A stretch of DNA of 64,000 nt from a bacterium (lineage in GTDB: Bacteria > Electryoneota > Electryoneia > Electryoneales > Electryoneaceae). Of this stretch, positions 30,205 through 41,000 are shown piece after piece. Under the pieces are notes generated by a model. The model saw only the letters and a program-made list of their open reading frames with translations, was not told the DNA's origin and did not search any database. Position 1 is the stretch's first letter. Every line of letters starts with the position of its first letter. The translations under genes were made by a program, and so were the position numbers. The stretch is taken from NCBI GenBank assembly GCA_963669175.1, contig OY769902.1:4032001-4096000 (forward strand), given 5' to 3'.

Positions 30205-31619
30205 GTGGCCTTCACCTCTTTCACGGCAGATTGGGCTGGGAACCGAATAGTAAGAATGGCTCCCCCTTCAGGGTGGTTGGATGCATTGATCTGGGCATCA
30301 AACTGCTCCAGAAACATCTTCACAATAGTTAATCCCAGCCCCATCCCTTTGCTGTCAGGCTGATCTGTCTTGGGAAAGGGAGTAAACAGGTTATTCAGCA
30401 GGGTATCTTCTATTCCCACCCCGTTGTCACGAATAATCAGACTGGGATGGTTCTCTACAATACGAGTCTGTATCCAGATTGTTTTCAGGGACCGGTCACT
30501 TGTATCCAACGCATAAATCGCGTTGTTGACAAGGTTTATGATTATTTGTTCAACCTGAATACTCCTTGCCATCACTGGCGGAGTTTTTTCATAAAGACTG
30601 AGTTCAATCTGAATATTATGACTAGCCAGTTTCTGATCCAGAAGAAACCTTACCCTTCTGATTGTCTCGTTCAGGTCAACCTGTTCCAATCTTCCCCCGG
30701 AGGACGACTTCCAGTAATTACGCATGTATTGTACAATCTGGTCAATGCGGTCAACTCCTGAACTGATATCCTCCACTACCTGTTTAAAGTAATCAGGTAC
30801 GTTGTTACCGTTATTCTCATGCCAGAACTTCAGATTATCCGCATTGACCTTGATTGCATTCAACGGCTGGTTTATTTCATGGGTAATACTGCCCGCCATG
30901 ACCCCAAGAGTGGCCAGGCGCGCCGCACGTTCAGCCAGAGCCGCCGCATGTACACGCTGCCGTTCCGATTCAAACAGCTCTTTCAACTGCCTTTCTTTGG
31001 CCTGTTCAAGCTGAACACTGTAAAGCGCGTGGGAGATGTTGGATGCCAATGCGTCAAAAAGGGCGTATTCTTCATCCGAAATGAGGCTATGCGGGATGGA
31101 AACACTCAATAGACCATACAGGTAATTATTGTATTCCAACCGTATTGTCCTGGCGCTTCGGTCTTTATGCCTGCTCCCCAGGGGACAGTTCTTGCAGACA
31201 GAATCGGGCTTATTGATCGTAAAAGCTCGCTGCTTATAGATCGACATCTGAACACACAATGGGTATTCTTTTTTGTCAAGGCAGGAGATAAACTCCGGGA
31301 AAGCGTCCGGAAAACCAACCGAATGGGAATGCGAAATTTTACCACGCGAATCAAAGAGAACCATCCATGAAGTCACATAGCCTCGACGAACGACAAGTAG
31401 CTCGCAAATATCACGTACCAGCCGTTCCGGTTCTTTATTTCGTAAAATCAGTTCATTGATCCGGAATACTACGTTCAAAAGAAGATTCTGTTGCGCCAGT
31501 TTTTCTTCACTGGCACGTAATGATTGTATATCTTTCCTGTGTTCTTTCTCCAGCTCTTCCAATTCCTGGAGACGTATTTCAAGTTGTTTCAGATCAATCT
31601 TCTCTTCACCGTTCGCCAT
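30201..31619 (-). CDS. Cytoplasmic GAF-containing sensor histidine kinase
   Basis: H-box THEINQPL, N-box NLVNNAIYA, DNGVG and KGMGLGL; GAF-like region with a Cys cluster (CKNCP); overlaps the start of the regulator. Confidence 0.9.
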   Translation of the reverse strand: MANGEEKIDLKQLEIRLQELEELEKEHRKDIQSLRASEEKLAQQNLLLNVVFRINELILRNKEPERLVRDICELLVVRRGYVTSWMVLFDSRGKISHSHSVGFPDAFPEFISCLDKKEYPLCVQMSIYKQRAFTINKPDSVCKNCPLGSRHKDRSARTIRLEYNNYLYGLLSVSIPHSLISDEEYALFDALASNISHALYSVQLEQAKERQLKELFESERQRVHAAALAERAARLATLGVMAGSITHEINQPLNAIKVNADNLKFWHENNGNNVPDYFKQVVEDISSGVDRIDQIVQYMRNYWKSSSGGRLEQVDLNETIRRVRFLLDQKLASHNIQIELSLYEKTPPVMARSIQVEQIIINLVNNAIYALDTSDRSLKTIWIQTRIVENHPSLIIRDNGVGIEDTLLNNLFTPFPKTDQPDSKGMGLGLTIVKMFLEQFDAQINASNHPEGGAILTIRFPAQSAVKEVKAT

Positions 31620-31672
31620 ATAAAACAACCTTTAGTAAGCATATCCCTCACGCCATGCCTGTTCAGTAAAGG

Positions 31673-31711
31673 TAAAAAAAACGTGAACAGGGTAACTACC
31701 CCGCTCACGTT
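31673..31711 (-). terminator. Putative terminator
   Basis: AACGTGA...TCACGTT imperfect stem next to an A-run (T-run on minus). Confidence 0.45.
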
Positions 31712-31751
31712 AAAAAAACAAATAAGCAAGACTTCTCGGACAATGCAGGTG

Positions 31752-32774
31752 TTAGCTGATACGCTTCAACCTGTTGTTCAGTGTATTCCAGGACAAACCA
31801 AGGAATTGTGCTGCCTTATTGCGGTTTCCCTCGAACTTGTCTACTGCCTTGATGATAACCTCTTCCATCACTTCCTGCAGATCAAAATCAGCTTCCGGTA
31901 AAACTACCTGTCCCGGTCGCAGCAAACCGATCTCGTTGCGAGGGACATCAACCTGCATGGATTGATTCAGAAATCCCAGGTGCTGCGGTTGAACTGTATC
32001 ATCATTATATAACAATACTACCCGCTCCATGGTATTACGCAATTCGCGGATATTTCCCGGCCAGGGATATCTCTCGAGGATTGTCGCGGCCTCATCGCTG
32101 ATCGCCTGGAAATCACGCTTGAGTTCCATCGAGAATTTTGCGACAAACATCTTGGCCAACGGAACAATTGCCTCTTTCTGACGCCACAACGGGGGAACTG
32201 TGATTTTGCCCTTATTGAGCTTGTGATAGAGATCCAGACGAAATCGTGCTTCTTCTACAAGCACCCGCAAATCCCAATTGGTAGAACAGATAATCCGAAC
32301 ATCCAGCTTGATCGGCTTATCCCCGCCCACACGGTGCATTTCACCTTCTTCAAGAACACGAAGCAGTTTTGGCTGCAGGTTCATGGGAATGTCGCCGACT
32401 TCATCGAGGAACAAGGTCCCGCCCTGGGCCTGCTCCAGCTTCCCCTTTGCCCCTGCATTGCCGGTGCCAGCCGAGGCGCCAGCTTCGTAACCGAACAATT
32501 CGCTCTCAAATAAACTGGGCGCGATAGCCGAACAGTTTACGCGGATAAATGGAGCACTGTCTTCTTCATCACCATGGTGAACTAGAAGCGCGATAAACTC
32601 TTTACCTGTCCCGGCATCCCCCTCCACCAATACAGGAATCCTGCGATCCGCGTGAAATTGCTTGGCGAGTTCTACGCTCTTGTGCAATTCTTCTGAAAAA
32701 ACACCGATCCGCTGATACCCTGGTAGATCAAGGTAATCCTGTCTTCCTTCTGTGTTCGGCATGAGATTCTCCAT
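31752..32774 (-). CDS. Sigma54-activator-like AAA+/HTH protein without receiver and with degenerate GAFTGA loop
   Basis: GDAGTGKE, LFLDEVG, WPGNIRELRN and Fis HTH present; GAFTGA reads GASAGT. Confidence 0.9.
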   Translation of the reverse strand: MENLMPNTEGRQDYLDLPGYQRIGVFSEELHKSVELAKQFHADRRIPVLVEGDAGTGKEFIALLVHHGDEEDSAPFIRVNCSAIAPSLFESELFGYEAGASAGTGNAGAKGKLEQAQGGTLFLDEVGDIPMNLQPKLLRVLEEGEMHRVGGDKPIKLDVRIICSTNWDLRVLVEEARFRLDLYHKLNKGKITVPPLWRQKEAIVPLAKMFVAKFSMELKRDFQAISDEAATILERYPWPGNIRELRNTMERVVLLYNDDTVQPQHLGFLNQSMQVDVPRNEIGLLRPGQVVLPEADFDLQEVMEEVIIKAVDKFEGNRNKAAQFLGLSWNTLNNRLKRIS

Positions 32775-33249
32775 CTATTTAACGATCACCAGTATGAATT
32801 AATCACTATCTTGTTGCTTTTGCAGTAACTACGATTTTTTAAGTCACATGTAATCTCGCTTATCACATTTAGATTATTAACTTTACAACATTCCATGTAA
32901 CACCAGCCATCCGCCCCCACTCGAACTCTAACTTTGCACTATTCAATTATTACGACAATGTAAGTTTCAATTATTGCAAGATGGAAGTTTTTTCTAAAGT
33001 TTTTTCTCTCAGAGACTTTGCAAATATTCTTCGATCTCACATGGAAATCGTTGCCATAATTCCAAATCACTTTCAAGAATCACGAATTCTGTATCCCTTG
33101 TCAGACTTGACTCTCCGTCTCAGGAAAAACTGTGAGTTTTCCTTATTTCACTTGACTTATACCAGTTTTCGAAAACAGTTTATAAATGGGGTATGCTTTG
33201 CTTGCTATTGTTCTTTTACGAGCCGGATAAACAACTTGGAGGGAATGGC

Positions 33250-35310
33250 ATGAAGTTGTCACGTACAATTGTGTTCTTGCTCCTACTGTCCAGCTTGGGA
33301 GCGAGAGCCTCGACCTTCGGAAGAGTGTCATCTGAGTTAACCGATAAAACCCCGCCTTCACCAGCATGCTTGCAAGAACTTCCACTTGATCCTGCAGCAA
33401 CAGCAACACCTTATTCAGCACGCGCAGGTGAACTGGATGAATTCCTCGGCGACACACTGATCATAGGACGCACGTACTATGATCTTCAAGCCAACGCCAC
33501 AGTTGGCAGAATGCTTCAATACAACCCGTGGGGATATGAGGGCACAGGTGTGGTCTATTGTGCCTATGCTGACATGTATACTACAGGCGGTGTCAGGCAT
33601 GTCCACTACCAGGAAATAGTCGCTGATACACTCAGGTATCCCGACGTGCATATGGTTAACACCGGCAATCGTGCAGGTTTTCCTACTGTAGCGAGAAGCC
33701 CGATAACCGAGGAAGGTGGATGCGTTATCACGTATCATGGACGTGCCAGCGCTGAAGGCCTATTCGAAACCAAGGTTGCATCGGAATACATTTTCTTCCC
33801 GGGCGTATTCGTGGAATTTGATATTCCCTGGGATGAAAATTATGAGATCATCTGGCCCAAAAGCGCTATGGATGGCGACAGTGCAATCCACATTCTCTCC
33901 ACATCCAACGATCAGGATGCCTATGAAGTCTATTACACCAAGATGAATGCCGACCTGGAAACGCCAATGTTCACATCACAAATATCTCCTCAACTTGTTA
34001 CAGATCGTGGTGAGTTCATCTCCGGTGATATCGCTTGCAGCCCCGATGGCCAGCGTGTGGCTGTGGCCCAACCGATTAACCGGGCGAAACTGCTTGGCGA
34101 AGAAGAACCCTGGTGGCTGGATCAGGACCTGTACCTTTGGGTGGATGAAAACCGGGGCGCCACGTTTGAATGGGGCCACGAAAACGCGATCAATGTGACC
34201 GATTTTATCGATCCTGATCCCGATCCCCTCCCTGATACCGTTGCCGCCTGCCAGGATACTTTCCGTCTATACATGGATGTCTGCGTCTACTTTGATGAAA
34301 GCAATATTCTGCATCTTGCTTTCTCCACGCTCGAGTTCTTCTACTACTACAATAATGGCGAGGGCACTGCGCATCTGACCGGACAGTTGTGGTACTGGAA
34401 CGAAGCAGACCAACTGTTTGTACGCATCGCAGATGGCGACTTCTGGAACAACACTGCCCTCGGCGCCAACCAGATCAACCTGCAACGTCCCTCGCTGTAT
34501 AAAGATCCTGAATCAGGGATGATGTACTGTCTATACCAGCAATTCGGCATACCGGGTGATACGCTTACCACAGGAGACAGTACCGGCCTGGGACGAGACC
34601 GTAGTGAAGGAGGTTTCCTGAACGCCGAGTTGTTCATAACTGCCACACCTTATGGGGACCATTTCGGAAAGTACTGGTATCCGGGTGTGAATATTACTGA
34701 ATCACGCGGGACAAACGGTCGAGTCCCGGCAGGCGAATGCAGAAGCGAACGTGATGCATCCATCTCGCTGAACAATGATGGTGACTACCTCAACATTCTG
34801 TACCAGCTAGACCTTGATCCTGGCACCTTTGTGTTCGATGATGCGCCTGAGGGATCCAGCACAGATAATCCGATTGTTTACGGCAAGATATCCAAGCAGG
34901 AACTGTACTACGCCCTCGAGGCCAATTTGTACGAAACTGGGCATTGGGTTATTGGACATCCTCTTCACATCGACGGCACACAATTCTGGGATGATCCGGA
35001 AGAATGGATTGTGTCGGTTGATGAGAAGCCACTACCCCTTCTGCCGGAAGAATTCAGCCTGAATGAGGTGTACCCCAACCCGTTCAATTCTTCAGCACGT
35101 GTCCGGTTTGACCTGAAGGAACGTGGGCATATCAACCTGGCAGTCTACGATATCCTTGGCCGGCAGGTGGCAACGATCCTGAACCAGACCTTTGATGCCG
35201 GGTCACATGAAGCTTTGTTCGAAGGGCACAACCTTGCCAGTGGTGTCTATTTTATTCGCTTGAGCAGTGGTAACTCACATCAGGCACGCAAAATCACCCT
35301 GATCAAGTAA
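33250..35310 (+). CDS. Secreted protein of unknown function (probable beta-propeller) with T9SS-type tail
   Basis: GGAGGG RBS before ATG 33250; signal peptide; short propeptide-like stretch ending GELDE; IGRTYYDLQ motif; tail VYPNPFNSS...RKITLIK. Confidence 0.85.
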   Translation: MKLSRTIVFLLLLSSLGARASTFGRVSSELTDKTPPSPACLQELPLDPAATATPYSARAGELDEFLGDTLIIGRTYYDLQANATVGRMLQYNPWGYEGTGVVYCAYADMYTTGGVRHVHYQEIVADTLRYPDVHMVNTGNRAGFPTVARSPITEEGGCVITYHGRASAEGLFETKVASEYIFFPGVFVEFDIPWDENYEIIWPKSAMDGDSAIHILSTSNDQDAYEVYYTKMNADLETPMFTSQISPQLVTDRGEFISGDIACSPDGQRVAVAQPINRAKLLGEEEPWWLDQDLYLWVDENRGATFEWGHENAINVTDFIDPDPDPLPDTVAACQDTFRLYMDVCVYFDESNILHLAFSTLEFFYYYNNGEGTAHLTGQLWYWNEADQLFVRIADGDFWNNTALGANQINLQRPSLYKDPESGMMYCLYQQFGIPGDTLTTGDSTGLGRDRSEGGFLNAELFITATPYGDHFGKYWYPGVNITESRGTNGRVPAGECRSERDASISLNNDGDYLNILYQLDLDPGTFVFDDAPEGSSTDNPIVYGKISKQELYYALEANLYETGHWVIGHPLHIDGTQFWDDPEEWIVSVDEKPLPLLPEEFSLNEVYPNPFNSSARVRFDLKERGHINLAVYDILGRQVATILNQTFDAGSHEALFEGHNLASGVYFIRLSSGNSHQARKITLIK

Positions 35311-35325
35311 AGACTTCAACAACTC

Positions 35326-36113
35326 GTTTCACGCAAAGATCCCCGACAACAACATTCGAGGACAGGCTACAAGGCGCAAAGAAAACCTTAAGAAAAGCAA
35401 TATAAATATTTTTGGGAAAACAGAAAGACCTATTAGGTTCCTCGCTGTTTCATGTGGGTACACAGCATAAGGAAACAGGTGTGATATGTATTCACGACCA
35501 CAACGTGTTTCGCTGAAGCAATATATAGAGGCACTGTGTAGAGGGAAATCGGTCACCTCGAAGAGGTGACACTTGAATAGCGTGGTACGTAAGCGCCGGG
35601 AATGGAATGAACACCACACACATCGTCCCCGAAGGGGACGCACCTCTGGTAAAACCCTACTATCAAGTATGTTGTGCGACCCCTTCAGGGTCGAGGAAGC
35701 GAGGAATCCTACATTCTCCCGGCGCTTACGCACCACGCTATTCAAGTGACCCACCTTCGGTGGATATGCAATGGAACCAGACCACAGAGACTGATCCCAA
35801 TGCAACGACTCGTAATACTATTGCCGAATCGCATCTCAGTGTGAATTTCTTTACCCACACGAAACAGCGAAGCACCACCTATTATTCCAATTGTTATTAA
35901 CATATCACTTTTAGTAGCATCAGACAATAAGTAACACTTTTCATTTTCAAGCTTATCTTATATTTAGTAATAACAACAACATAATGTTAATTTTATATAT
36001 TATACAGTAGTCATTAAATAATTTTTTACCATAAAATAATATTTCTTTTAAGGTTTTCTTTGCGCCTTGTAGCCTGTCCTCGAATGTTGTTGTCGGGGAT
36101 CTTTGCGTGAAAC
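35326..36113. repeat. Non-coding element bounded by perfect 66 bp inverted repeats, with nested inverted repeats
   Basis: 35326-35391 is the exact reverse complement of 36048-36113. An inner 32 bp inverted pair (35570-35601/35717-35748) has one mismatch. Small palindromes lie at 35552-35570, 35624-35640 and 35677-35693. Confidence 0.9.
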
Positions 36114-36140
36114 ACATCTTGTAGAACTTCGGGGCATAAT

Positions 36141-36166
36141 AAAACCCCGGTTGGCTGAAACCGGGG
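36141..36166 (-). terminator. Intrinsic terminator of the MerR-like gene
   Basis: CCCCGGTT...AACCGGGG stem followed by TTTT on minus. Confidence 0.6.
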
Positions 36167-36215
36167 CAAACTCGCGTGGCGTTCTGGGTACCTCCCTACA
36201 CCGCTTACATCGTAG

Positions 36216-36620
36216 TTACCGCCTGCCCTTCTTTTTCAAGGGGGGCGATTCAATGTCAACGGGTGGGTCAGCTCCTTCCTGAAATAGCTTCTTTAGGAGC
36301 ATTTCGGTAACCATTCCCGCCAGCCTCTCAATGGCAGGATCAGGTCCCTCGACAGGTGAAGCGCCGGTTTCCAATGCTTCCAACCGTTTGCGCGCCCCTT
36401 CGAGGGATAATCCTTCCTCGTAAATCAGTCGCTTGAGTAGCTCAATCTTCTCCACGGCTTCCTGGTCGAACCTTCGCTGACCGCCTCGGGTCCGAACCAC
36501 GTTGAGGTAATCCCTGAAAGCCGCTTCCCATTTTCGAATCGTAGGCGTCCCTACACCCGTGATCGCATTCACTTGCGATATCGAGTACAAGACGTCGTTC
36601 CGATCATTTGGAGAAGGCAT
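36216..36620 (-). CDS. MerR-family HTH transcriptional regulator
   Basis: YSISQVNAITGVGTPTIRKWE...RTRGGQRRF...EEGLSLEGARKRL. Confidence 0.9.
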   Translation of the reverse strand: MPSPNDRNDVLYSISQVNAITGVGTPTIRKWEAAFRDYLNVVRTRGGQRRFDQEAVEKIELLKRLIYEEGLSLEGARKRLEALETGASPVEGPDPAIERLAGMVTEMLLKKLFQEGADPPVDIESPPLKKKGRR

Positions 36621-36807
36621 GGGAGCTTACCTTTCTCACGTGAGGCCTTTCCCCACGTTTGAATGTTTCAGCGGCTGAACTTACCCGTCATGCTGGGACG
36701 GGGGGCTTGACACTTTCTCTATCGGTAGGAATCAGCAAAAACTTTACTGCGAAAAAGTTAAAGAGACTATCAGCAAGAAGTTAAAGTGATTTCTTGAAAT
36801 ACCTGAA

Positions 36808-37263
36808 TCACTCCTCGAAGACCGCCAGAACCTCTGCCACAGAACTGGCACTGCGAAGTTTGCTTTTCACTCCGCTACGGCTGAGAAAACGTACCAGTGT
36901 CGCTGTCGTTTTCAAGTATTCATCAACACAATTCGGGGGAATCGCAGAGAAGAATACCAGGTCAGCATCAAGACCGTCAGGACTTTTAAAATCAATAGGT
37001 TCAGTAGGTCTTGCAAAAGCAAGAATCATCTTGTTCACGGCAGGAGTACGGGCATGAGGAAGTGCGATTCCGGCATTAATTCCGGTCGGCATTTCGTCTT
37101 CACGAGAGATGGCATCTTCCGCCAGAAGTTCGCAATCAGACACTGAGGGATCCTCTGCCAACCACCTTGCCACTTCCTGAATAAGGGTGTACCTGTCCTT
37201 CGCAGTGACGTCGAGGAAGATGTGGTTTTCTTCCAGAAGCTGCTTTACGCTTTTAATAGTCAT
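36808..37263 (-). CDS. PTS EIIA (Fru/Ntr-type) domain protein
   Basis: REDEMPTGINAGIALPHAR phospho-His motif; IDFKSPDG. Confidence 0.9.
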   Translation of the reverse strand: MTIKSVKQLLEENHIFLDVTAKDRYTLIQEVARWLAEDPSVSDCELLAEDAISREDEMPTGINAGIALPHARTPAVNKMILAFARPTEPIDFKSPDGLDADLVFFSAIPPNCVDEYLKTTATLVRFLSRSGVKSKLRSASSVAEVLAVFEE

Positions 37264-37294
37264 GCTATCCCGTATCCCATCGTTTAACGGTTAC

Positions 37295-37675
37295 TCAACC
37301 TTTGCGAAGTTTGTCCATCTGGCGACGTTCTTTTTTCGTAGGACGCGCTCCTTCGCGACGCGGCCCCTTTGCGCGCTGAGCAAGTTGAATCATCTCCTTC
37401 TGGTCAAGTACCTCTGACGGAGTTTCATCTCGCCACAGCTCTTTGGCGTCCGCTTTCGACACACTCTTGTCCGGCAATTCGAGCAGACGAACGTGCCTGT
37501 ACAACCCCTGCTCTCGGATCTTGATCAGGACAGGCGCTGAGACTTCCTGTGAAGGTTTGGCCGCAGTATCATCAACCAGCACCCTTCCTTCACGACATGC
37601 TTCCGTCGCTTTGCTTCGGCTTTTGAAGAGTCGTGCCCTGAAAAGGCAATGATCAAGCCGCATCCGTTCTGCCAT
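37295..37675 (-). CDS. hslR: S4-domain RNA-binding protein, Hsp15-like
   Basis: MRLDHCLFRARLFKSRSKATEAC S4 motif and C-terminal RPTKKERR. Confidence 0.88.
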   Translation of the reverse strand: MAERMRLDHCLFRARLFKSRSKATEACREGRVLVDDTAAKPSQEVSAPVLIKIREQGLYRHVRLLELPDKSVSKADAKELWRDETPSEVLDQKEMIQLAQRAKGPRREGARPTKKERRQMDKLRKG

Positions 37676-38005
37676 AATCTATCCGTCGTCCTTCAATGTC
37701 CGCCACCTGTGGTAGGCGACCCAAAGCTACAACACATTTGTCACACTCTCAAGTCTGAGCAGGCTCGGAAAGCAGGACTACACCGGTTATTCTTCCTGTT
37801 CAATCCATGTCTTTTAATATGCCAGAATGAAAGAGAAAATCAATGCTGGACTTTGGAAAAAACATGCCGGGCGAGTGAGAATCCGCTTGCTTTATCACCC
37901 CCTCTAATGATACTATTATATTTGTGGAGCAGCTCGCAACAGGATTGATCCACCAGTGTATCCCGGGTTCCCGCAACCGGCATAACTAGCGCCAAGGAGT
38001 CCCAG

Positions 38006-41000
38006 ATGAAACGTGGCCGCAAGGATTCGAAATTGGCCTTGGTCATCCCGCCAGCTTTACAACATGTGGCAGCAAGAGTATTGTGTCATACTTTATTGCT
38101 GGCTGTCATCTTTCTTGCAATCCCACAAGCCGATGCTGCACTTGTGGAGGAAACCGGCACCATGCGTGGTTTCCTGGCAGGTTCATGCCCGACGGCTTCC
38201 TATGATAACTGGATCAGCCATACGACAGAAGGTATCGCTGACCCTGGTTACAACCACTACGGTCCGGAAGGCCTGGACCGCCAGATGGAAGGATTCGGGG
38301 ATGTCTGGGTTCTACCGAACAACCTGACCGGCCGCGCATATATGGCGCATTGGCAGACCATTTTCAGCGCGTTCCTGGAAGGACGTCTTGCCGATGCCGA
38401 TGTTCTGCTGTCTGATTCGGCCGAGGTGTACCGATACGAGGTCGTGTTGTTCCATGATACTGAATATGGACGTGACTACGGAATCCTCCGCGAACTTCTT
38501 GATGACAGTTACGTCGATAACGCCGGTACACCGGCGGACGCTTCGGATGATGTCACAGGCGGTTTTCAGAATGGCTGGGGCGTCTATGTTGTCAACCTGG
38601 ACTCGCCTCGCCCCTACTTCTTGGTTCAAATGGTTCATCCGAACGACGATTTTCTCGGAGTTCAAGCGGCTGTTGAAGTATTTCTTAGATGCGACGCCGG
38701 TGCATTGAGCATTTGGGGCTGCGGACGTGAGGTTGTGTGGACGGAAGAGGGAAGCTATGCCAACAGCAAATCACTGTCCGATCCATCGCGCTACCCGGTC
38801 AGCGTAACCATGGCATTCCAGAACGCCTTTGATGGCAAGTATGCCCTGACTTACCCTCCCGGAACCATGATCATGCAGTGCCATTCTTTTGACACAACCC
38901 ACACAACCCCGAAGGATATCGTGCTTTCCGCAGGACAGTATGAGACCAACATTCACAAGCCATTGTGGGATCGTTCCACAAGCACACATGATATCATCGG
39001 TCTGACTCCGGCAGTCCCGGTTCCGGCGTTTGAATTCGGTATGCACCCCCAGGTTCCAATCGAGGAGTACTACTGGCTGAATTACCCGGAAGATGATCCC
39101 TACTATTACACGGCTGATGGCGACTCGACCATCATTGAGAGGGCGACCTATCTTCGCTGTGATCCGGGGAATGTTGAAGAAAATACACTTCATGCGGATT
39201 ACCTGGATGGATCAACCTATGAGAATTTCATTCATTTCGAACTGGATGAATTTCCCACGGTGTTTGATGGCAGATTTGACTGGGATGACCTGATCGGCCC
39301 GGAACGTCCCCCGACAATTGAGACATTCGCGGTCCTGATGGAGTACTATGATCCCTTCTACGAAGCAATAAACCAATGGTTTGAGTTGCTGGAAACCAGG
39401 CTGGACACGATTCCGCCTGAGACAGTGCCCAATTTTTCTGCATCACAATCGGCCCAGAATTATCCTTACGCCCATTGGACACCGATTACGGATTCCGATT
39501 TTGTCACATACGAGATCCTGGCCGATACTGAACCGCTCAATGACAACAGCCCAGTTGTCTGGGATTTCCATGATGATCCCGAATTGCGCGAGATGGACTA
39601 TAACGGATGGACTCAGGTTCTGAACGCCCCGGATGGGCAGCCGTTATACCTGGCGGTCCGAGCTGTTGATTATTATGGAAACCGTGGCGAGATCGGTTTT
39701 GCCAGCCAGGTGGATGGGTACACGGATGATACGCCAGTCGGACTGACTGCCCGCACGTTTGATACTTACCCTTATGCTGCATGGCCCTCATGGCCGGCAA
39801 TACTGGTTGAGGACTTCACGGATCTTAACACGCTTGCAGTTGAATACAGAACGAATACCGGACTTGAAGGTGTCTATGCTGTAACCAAAGCCGTTTGGAC
39901 AACGGATAATGGCTCCATGTTCGGCGCCCCAATCCCCATCGATGCGGCTGCATTGGCTGTCGGTGATTCTGTCTACTGGCGCGCCACTGCATTAGACCGC
40001 AGTAGTACCGGAAATGAAGAAACCGTCCCTGCTGACGGATGGTATGGATTTATTCTTACCGATGATCCGGCGAATCCGTACGAAAGTGATTTTGAGGATG
40101 ACCTTGGTGGTCTGGTAGCCTATGGTGGTGGAGATTGGGAATGGGGCGATCCGGGAAGTGGTCCCATGTCTGCCCATTCCGGAGAAAATGTTTGGGCCAC
40201 GGAACTCGGCGGCAATTACAGCAACAATACCGAGAGCATCCTTCGCCTGGGAGGGCCGAACCTGGCAGGGTATCCCCCCATGATGGCTACCTGGTGGCAG
40301 TGGTACAGCTTTGAAGCGCCACTGGCCGACCCGGCTGATGCGGATGATGGCGGCCTGCTTGAGTTGCGCCAGGGTAATACCATCCTCCCTGCTCGAGTTA
40401 TCCCGGCTTATAATGCGATGATCGTATCCAACATTGATTACGAGGATTCGCTTGTATACAGCGGGAATGGAACGCACTGGCATGCTGCCGCAGTTGATCT
40501 TTGCTGGGCGTTTGGTGGTGGACCGGACAACGCTGGCTTTGATTTACGATTCGTTGCCGTGTCTGACGGCAATACGGTTCGACCGGGCTGGTATATGGAC
40601 GATCTTGCTGTTACTGCCAATGCCAATATCTACCGTCCCTTCGCTTTTGCCCTGGTCGCCCCGGAAGATGATGCTGCAGCCAATCCATTTGGCCCGACTG
40701 AATTCACATGGAACCGTTGTATTGACCGTGATACTTATGCCGTGCCGGAATACACTCTCATGCTGGCGCTGGAAGGTGACACGGCATCGGTATATACCGG
40801 CATCGACACTGCTTGTGTTGTTCAGCTTGACTCGCTGGATATTGGCACTTCCGATTTTGCGTATATTGCATGGTGGGTTGAAGCGAACAGCCAGGGCGAT
40901 GTTGTTGCCAGTTGCCAGACCCGCGAACTCGCTGTTCCAGCGTTCAACGGAATCAGTGATGATGATCACATATTGCCGGACAAATTCGCTCTCGAATCCG

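Noticed and set aside
35329-35927. ORFs of 158, 97 and 61 aa in the inverted-repeat element
   Set aside because: They are translations of palindromic repeats with no RBS or protein-like features.
36621-36710. Two hairpins upstream of the MerR-like gene as a riboswitch
   Set aside because: No match to any riboswitch consensus I can recognise; short GC stems alone are insufficient.
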